This document shows positions 48,852-56,540 of a stretch of DNA of 56,540 nt, in pieces (within the stretch, counting starts at the first letter, position 1; each line of letters opens with the position of its first letter). The notes beneath the pieces were generated by a model. That model did no database searches and was not told the DNA's origin. It was given only the letters and a program-made list of their open reading frames with translations. The stretch is from Anaeramoeba ignava BMAN (Eukaryota; Protista; Anaeramoebae). Location: assembly GCA_028826165.1 (NCBI GenBank), contig JAPDFW010000041.1, positions 1-56,540 of the forward strand. Direction: 5' to 3'. A program made the translations under genes and the position numbers.

Positions 48852-51800
48852 TCATCTTTCATCAGGAATAATTTCAATTTTAAATGGTTCATTCCAACAT
48901 TTATATTCGTTGTTATAATAAATATATGCTCTTGATGATGGACCTTGATATATTCCTGGTACACTTGCAATAACATCAATATTAAATTTAATTTCTTCTT
49001 TTTCTTTTAAATTATACCAATAAAATACTAATTCTCTTGATCCAAACATTTCAAAAAATGCAAATATTTCTTGTTTCATCATTTCTTTTAGTTTTTCATA
49101 TCTAACTTCCATTCCTCCTGGTAATCCAATAATTGCTATACTCATTGGAAGAACTTTATCTGTTTTGTTTCGAATTATTACTTCAATTTCTGTTGATTCT
49201 CCTTGTTTAATTTTTTGGATTTCATTTTGATTTTCATTTTGATTTTCATTTTCATTTTGATTTGTTGTTATTAATTTGCTTTTCATTTCAATTAAACATT
49301 CTTTATCACTTTTGGGTTTGTTTGTTGTTAAATTAACTTGAAATACATATGGCATTCCAATTCCATCAATCATTTCTAATTCAACTGTATTTTCTTTTCC
49401 TTTTTTTAATTCTTTACAAAAATCTGGAAAAAGTATTGGTCCTGTATGTTTCTCATCAAATCCAATTGCTTCAATAGATTCTTCATTAATTTTTAATTCA
49501 ATAGATCCTTCTTTCATCATTTTTGAATTTTTGATATCAAATTTTAATATTGCTTTTAATGCAAGAACTGTTGATTGTGTTGAACCAAAATTTCCTCCTT
49601 TGCAATTTGTTGTTAAATAATTCATCGCAAATTGAATATTTTCTGCAAATTCTTCATGAAAATTTAATAATGAAAGAATAACTAATGATGTTGTTTCCAT
49701 TTTTAAATCAAATCCTCTTGATGATGTAATTGTTGTTTTGGATTTACTTATTGAACCATCTTCTTCTTGTGATTTAATTGAAATAATTTTGCGATTTAAT
49801 TCAAGTGATTTTTCATTTAATCCAAAATTAAATAAACTTAATGAAATTAATGCAAGAAAATAATTATCTTCTTCCCATTCTTTTTCTTTACTTTGTTCAA
49901 GTAAATATTCAATAACTTTTTCTAATCTGGAATATTCAATTTTAGATTCTGATAATGCCCAAGTAATATATGCATTTGTAATTTGTTCTGGTGAATGACT
50001 TAAATGATCAGGTGCATGTGGATTTAATTCAAAAATTCTTTTTTCAGAATTAAATCTTGAAAATAACCAATTTTTAGTTCGATTTAACATTGTAAAATCA
50101 ATATTCATTACACTTGATAAATCAGTAAATTCCATAATTCCCATTGCAGTTAATGCTTCTGATGCTGGACTATTTCCAAACCAACTAAATCCTCCTTCTT
50201 TACATTCATATCCAATCAATCTTTTATATCCTCTTTCTAATTTATCACTTGATTCTAATATCCAACTTGGATCAACTCCAACATGTGTTTTAAAATATTG
50301 TTGTGCCATTGTTAATGGATAAACAGTTGTTGATGTTTGTTCAAAACATCCATATGGTTCTCTTATTAATGATTTCATTGATTCTTGAAGATTTGCCATT
50401 GGTGATGGAAAAATACAACAATATGTTGTAAAACTTCCTTCAACAATATCATCTGGAATTTCAAATGTAAATTTCTTTTTACTGTTTGATTTCAAAAATC
50501 CTGATGAATTAATATCATATGGAAATCCAGTTGGTTTAATTTCAAGTTGTCTAATAACTTGATCTTTTAATGATGGATTATTATCATCAATTCCAGTTAT
50601 TTTAAGTGATGTTGTTTCTAAAATTTGTTCAACTTCAAATTCAAATAAATGTTTTGTTCTCATTTGAGATTTTAAAATATCATTCCATTTAGATTCGCCA
50701 ATAGGAATAATTCCTTTATTCAAAATTTCAGTTTCTAATGATAATTGAATATCTGAAGGAAGTGAATTAACTAATGCAACTGGAACAATAATTTTATCAC
50801 CAAAAGATACTTCAAGAGGTAATCTTGGTTCTAAATAAAATGGTTCTTTTGAATCAATCACAAAACTATCATAATATCCAAGTAATCCATTTTGATTACA
50901 TCCATCAATAAAAATTCTGAAAGAAGAAACAGAATCATTTAAATCAAAAGTAACTTTCGCAAAACTTTCAGAAGTTTGATTTTTGGATCTTATAACAGAT
51001 AAGTAAGGAGAATAAAATAAAGTATTGGTAAAATCGGAACGTTCTCCAGGTTTTCTTAATGAATTTTTTTGATGTGCATATTGTCTTTGATATTCAGAGC
51101 GTAAATGAGGTGGAAGCGGTTTTGATTGAGAGAAATATCGTTTACCACTTAAAGTTTTTTTTGATTTTGAAGGAATTGCCAAATCTTTCATTGGTAGAGA
51201 TTGTTTTCGTTGTTCCATTTCTTGTTTCATTGGTGGAGGTGCTTCAGATAATATTGGTGCTTCAATGGATTTTCCATCTGTTTCTTCATTAGTTTGTTCA
51301 TTAGTTTGTTCAACAATTTGTTCACTAGTTTGTTCATTAGTTTGTTCAACAATTTGTTCACTTTCTGTAATTTTGGTAATAATTTGCTGTTTAAAAAAAG
51401 TATCAATTGGAACGTTATTCCTTATTCCAAGTTGGATTTCGTTAATATCTTCATTTTTATAAAGAACTAACATTCTTTCAAATTTTTCTTTATCATCTCT
51501 TTGAAATAAATTATTATCAATTTTGATAAATCTTCTCCATCCTTGTGTTCCTAATAATAAATCTAATTCTTCATATTCTTCATTTTTTTCATTTTCATTT
51601 TCATTTTCATTTTCATTTTCATTTTCATTTTTATCTCTTTCTGGTGATAAATAAATTTGACAATCTTCAAGATGTTCAACTTCATTTTCAAGGAAATACA
51701 TTGATGGTAATCTTGCTGGTCTTTCTCTTTTTTCTTTCATTTTATATATTGAATCATCTGTTATTGTTATTCCAAAATCACATTCAATATTTTTTCCTTG

Positions 51801-53312
51801 TTTGTTTTTTGATTTAATTGTTAATGTAACTGTATCTCCTGGGCAATAACTACTTTTATCTGCAATAACTTCAAATAAAATTTCATCATTTGGATGAACA
51901 AATATAATTCTTTCACAAATTGGTTGTATATCTTGTTTTTCCCAAACAGTTATTCTTAATACTCCATCATTTCCATTTGTGTTTAATTTTATTTCTTGAG
52001 TTGTGTTTGCTTGATTGAATTTAACATTTTTAGAAGTTATTAATTTTTCTTTTTTATATAAACAAACTGGAAAATTTCCTTTAAATGATGAAGATAAAGT
52101 GATTGAAATTGGTTCATTATATTTAAATGATTTTTTATTGGAAATTAAAGAAATTCCTTTTTCTTTTGATTTAGGAAGATTAATTGGAATTGTTATTCCA
52201 CTTGGTTTAATAATTTGAATTGAATATTCTGAATTTGATTGAGGAATAAATTCAAATCTTCCTCTTCCTTCATGAATTGTTTTAACTATTTTTTGATTTT
52301 TGATTTTTGAATTAAATATTGAATAGATTTATATTTAGATTTATATTTATATTTCAAATATTTATATTTATATTTATATTTATATTTATATTTATATTTA
52401 TATTTATATTTATATTTATATTTATATTTCAAATATTTATATTTATATTTATATTTATATTTCAAATATTTATTTACTTGTAATGTTTTTATTAATATCT
52501 TCTTTATTTGATGAAATTAATATTCCTTCAAAATCAGCTGGATCACCTGTTGGTGTTGTTGCTTCAAAATATACTCCACATTTAACTCCATTAACAAGAT
52601 CTCCTCCTTCTGGATATATATTAACATCTAACTTTTTTAAAATTATTGGAAGTGTTTTTGATGCATTTTCAATTACTCCTCCATCTTGAATTGAACAATT
52701 CAAATTTCCAATTCCTTCTTTAATATTTTCTGGTAATTTAAATGAAATTAAACATTTTCCATTTTTATCAATTTTATAATCTCCTCGATATACTTCTTCA
52801 TTATCAAGTCTTGCTATTGCTGTTACATTTGCTCCTTCGGGAAATCCTCCTTCAGCTCTTTCAACAAATAAACTTGCTTTGACTTCATCTCCTGCTCCAT
52901 ATGCTTTTTGAATAAATTCTAATTCATTTTTTAATCTTGGTGGTGAATAACTTTTAACTGTAATTTTTCTAATTGAATTTGGAATTCCTCTTCCATTTTT
53001 ATGAATAATTTCAATCGTATATTCACCTCCTGATGTTGTTTTTGGTATTTCCCAAGAACCTGATAAAAAGTTTTTATCTCTTCCCAATCTTTTCTCAAAT
53101 AAAATATCATTTTTAGGACCTTTGATTTTTAAAAAAGGAGAACCACAATACATCGAATCTTCAAATGGTTTATGATTAAAAGCATCAAGAATAATTGCTC
53201 TTATAAATATTTTTTCACCAGGTTTATAAGTATGTTTATCAGTTGAAATATGAACTGTAAATCTTTCAACTTCTGTGTATTCTTTTAATAATTTTGATTC
53301 GTTATTTCCCAT
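48852..53312 (-). CDS. Alpha-2-macroglobulin-like thioester-containing protein, copy B (~1420 aa; one intron 52286-52477)
   Basis: Exons 53312-52478 and 52285-48852 join NIT|IKTIHEGRG in frame; GCFEQ at 50337-50351; tandem duplicate of copy A. Confidence 0.92.
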
Positions 53313-53519
53313 TTCTTTTTTTATTATTAATAATAATTAAAATAATAATAAAAATAATAAATTTTAAAAAGAAAAAAAATGAAAAATAAAATAATTTAAA
53401 ATAATTTTTTTTTGCTTTTTTTTTATTTTAATTTATTCTTAAAGTAAGAACAAATCTTCTCTTTTTTTTTTTTTCCATTTTCCTTCCACTTTTTTTTTTC
53501 ACCTTTTTTTTTTAAATTG

Positions 53520-54170
53520 AATTAATAATTTTATTTAATTTATTATTTTAAATTAAATTATTATTTTTTAAATTTTAATTTTATTATTTTAAATTAAATT
53601 TTAAGATTCAAATTATTAATTTTATTCAATTTATTATTTTTAAATTAAATTATTTAATTTTATTTAATTTATTATTTTTAGATTAAATTTAATTTAATTT
53701 ATTATTTTAAATTAAATTATTATTTTAATTTTATTTAATTTATTATTTTAGATTAAATTATTAATTTTTTTTTATTCATTTATTATTTTTAGATTAAATT
53801 ATTAATTTTATTCAATTTATTATTTTAGATTAAATTTATTAATTTTATTCCAATTTTAGATTTATTATTTTAGATTAAATTATTAATTTTTATTTTTAAT
53901 TTATTATTTTTAGATTAAATTATTAATTTTATTTAATTTATTATTTTAGATTAAATTATTAATTTTATTTAATTTATTATTTTAGATTAAATTATTAATT
54001 ATTTTTAATTTATTATTTTAGATTAAATTATTAATTTTATTCAATTTATTATTTTAGATTAAATTATTAATTTTATTTAATTTATTATTTTTTAAATTTT
54101 ATTTTAATTTTAGATTAAATTATTAATTTTATTTAATTTATTATTTTAGATTAAATTATTAATTTTATTT
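53520..54170. repeat. Degenerate ~39-bp A/T minisatellite (TTTTAGATTAAATTATTAATTTTATTTAATTTATTA-like) in a divergent intergenic region
   Basis: Recurring TTTTAGATTAAATTATTAATTTT units. Confidence 0.8.
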
Positions 54171-54243
54171 AAAAAAAAATTTCCAAAAAAAATCAAAAAT
54201 CATTTTTTTCTTTTTTCTTTTTTTTTTTCATTTATTTAAAAAA

Positions 54244-56540
54244 ATGAGTAAAAGTCCAAACACAACAAAATCACCAACAAATACTTCACCTACAAGAGGA
54301 ATACGTGGAAGAAGAGGACCACCACGAGGAAGAGCACCAACAAGATCAAGACCAATGTCACAAAACATTCCAAATTTAAGAGGAAATTTTCGACCAAATA
54401 GAATAACATCAAGAAATCCAAATTCAAGTTTAAATACAAATCAAAATACAAATACAAATCCAATAAACAAAACTGAAGAAACAAATCCAAATACTAAACA
54501 AAAAGTTGCAAACGTTTTTAAATCTAAATTTGAAGGTAGATAAAAATCCACTTTAAAATTTAAATTTAAATTCATTTCAAAATTAAAATTTAAATTCATT
54601 TCAAAATTTAAATTCATTTCAAAATTAATATTAAAATTTAAAAATTAAAATTCATTTCAAATTTAAAATTAATATTAAAATTAAAATTCATTTCAAAATT
54701 AAAATTAAAATTCATTTCAAAATTAAAATTAAAATTCATTTCAAAAATTAAAATTAAAATTAAAATTAAAAATAAAATTAAAAATTAAAATTAAAATTCA
54801 TTTCAAATTAAAATTCATTTCAAAATTAAAAATAAAATTCATTTCAAAATTCATTTCAAAATTAAAAATAAAATTCATTTCAAAATTCATTTCAAAATTA
54901 AAATTAAAATTTGTTAAAATTAGAACAAAAAAAAATAAGATTCCCTCAAAAAAAACCGATAGCAAAAAAACAAAATAACTTGCCTGGAAAACTTAATCCA
55001 AATAAACTCGATCCAGCAAAATTAATGGCTCAAGCACTTATGGGATCACCAAAATCTATTCAGAAAATTCATGCAAATAAATTAAAAGAAGAAAAAAAGA
55101 AGGCAAAAAAAGAAAAGAAAATAAAGTCAAAAGAAAAAAATGCTAATGAAAATAAAACGGAAAAAACTCAAGATCAAGAAGAAAAATTGAAACCGAAAAA
55201 AATCACTGAACAAGAAGTAGAAAAAATGCATGTCCAAACATTAACAATCTCAACAAAAAGCGAAGAAACAGAACCAAAACAAATCTCGGAAACAAACAAA
55301 CGAGGAGAAGATATGTATTTGTTATTCAAATCAGAGAAGGAGTTTTTAAGCCAATTAGAAACATTTTTGAATGTAAAAAGAAAAAAAAAAATTTTTTATT
55401 TTTTGGATTTAATTTTTGTTCCACTTTTTTGTTTTTGTTTTTTTTTCTAATGTGAAATAATAGAACTATCAAATACCGTTATCTCAATCCGCAGAAATTG
55501 CGAATTCAAATTATGCAGAAAAAGCACTTGTGAAGGTTGAGCCGTTAATTGAGCAACAAAAACTAATTGTAGACAAGTTAACGAGTCTGATGAAAGAGAA
55601 CATCTCGATTAACGAAAGATCTGTCGGTAAATGCTATTCAGATTTCAAAACGGAGGTGTATGAGATGTGGGTGGATCAGTATGACGAGGCGATGCACAAC
55701 TCAACATTGCTTCGAGAGGAAGTAGCGGAGGCAAGTGACTTGTTCCACAAATGTCAAGAGCAGTGTGACAATAAGAACTATGATTTTTTCCTTGCAGAGC
55801 CGTTGCGCAGGATCAACAGTCTTTACCAAGAAATCCGCACGCTCCTTCTTCACACTGATGTTGAAAAACAAGATTATGCGAGACTTTATAATTTCCTTAA
55901 CAAGATCGAACCAGTACTGTACCAAACAGCGCCGAGACTGTATGTCATCGAGCACCAAGCAGAACTTCTCGCGCTTGAGGAAACTATTGAGAACCGCGGC
56001 AAAATACGAATAGCACAAAACGGGCCGCTATTTGCATATGAAAGGCACTGTGCTTCGCGAAACTGAAGAGAAACCACAAACTCAAAAATTCTTTGTTTTC
56101 AATGATAAACTTTTCATTTGCAAAAAGAAGAAGGCAAAATTATACGCTTTTGAGAGCGATTTGGCATACACAAGCTTCATCATTCGTGATCTCCCTGATG
56201 ACGAGAACGGCGGTACAAAAAACGCAATTGAACTTCTTGTTGATGAAAGTATCGACCGTTGCATTTTTACATTCAAAACAAGTGAAAATAAACAGCTGTT
56301 TATTACAGATCTTCACGAGTATATGGGAGTGCATATTGAGGTGCAGAAAACAGTAACCGCAAAGGATATCGTAAGCAAACGTATCGAGCTTTCGACGACT
56401 ATCCAGCCCAAGAAACAGCTAGACAACATATCCCTTCCTCAAGCAAAGGAAACCAACCAGAAAATGCGGGCAAATGTGATCCGCGAGATGGTTCAAACGG
56501 AAGGCATTTATGTGGAGGATTTAAACACATTAATCACATT
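54244..56540 (+). CDS. RhoGEF with a divergent DH-PH followed by a second DH domain; runs off the window; introns 54536-54923 and 55373-55463; apparent frameshift at about 56022
   Basis: KSEKEFLSQLETF...FFLAEPLRRINSLYQEIRTLLLHTDVEKQDY (DH). After the frameshift, GRYLHMKGTV...KFFVFNDKLFICK...NAIEL (PH). Then RANVIREMVQTEGIYVEDLNTLIT (second DH). Confidence 0.82.

Noticed and set aside
43581-53530. Transposon-mediated duplication of the A2M unit
   Set aside because: No transposase or RT, terminal inverted repeats or target-site duplications seen; unequal crossover at the flanking AAAATT arrays is sufficient.
1-56540. tRNA/rRNA genes, inteins/Hint domains, alternative genetic code
   Set aside because: No recognisable structured-RNA or Hint motifs; long ORFs translate sensibly in the standard code and use TAA, TAG and TGA as stops.

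Overview
Very AT-rich, gene-dense, intron-containing eukaryotic DNA using the standard genetic code. The Asn/Gln low-complexity tracts, expanded ankyrin/RCC1/Kelch + twin-BTB genes and TCATTT elements before start codons suggest an anaerobic metamonad protist such as Anaeramoeba (inference only). Genes in order: a BEACH protein running off the left edge, ankyrin-BTB-BTB, RCC1-BTB-BTB, a large Cys-rich multi-TM surface protein, ankyrin-RhoGEF-PH, three tandem MATE transporters, a cryptic ankyrin gene missed by the ORF track, TspO, Kelch-BTB-BTB, two tandem alpha-2-macroglobulin-like thioester proteins, and a DH-PH-DH RhoGEF running off the right edge. Several introns and intergenic spacers are filled with locus-specific satellites. 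Scattered frameshifts look like homopolymer assembly errors. Main finding: the ankyrin gene at 38153-40049 reads as 17 exons with 16 phase-0 introns. It has one ankyrin repeat per large exon and nine single-codon (3-nt) AG|NNN|GT microexons, which supply exactly the variable beta-hairpin residues missing between repeats. Second finding: the thioester proteins lack signal peptides, carry an N-myristoylation motif, and differ mainly in a bait-like segment.
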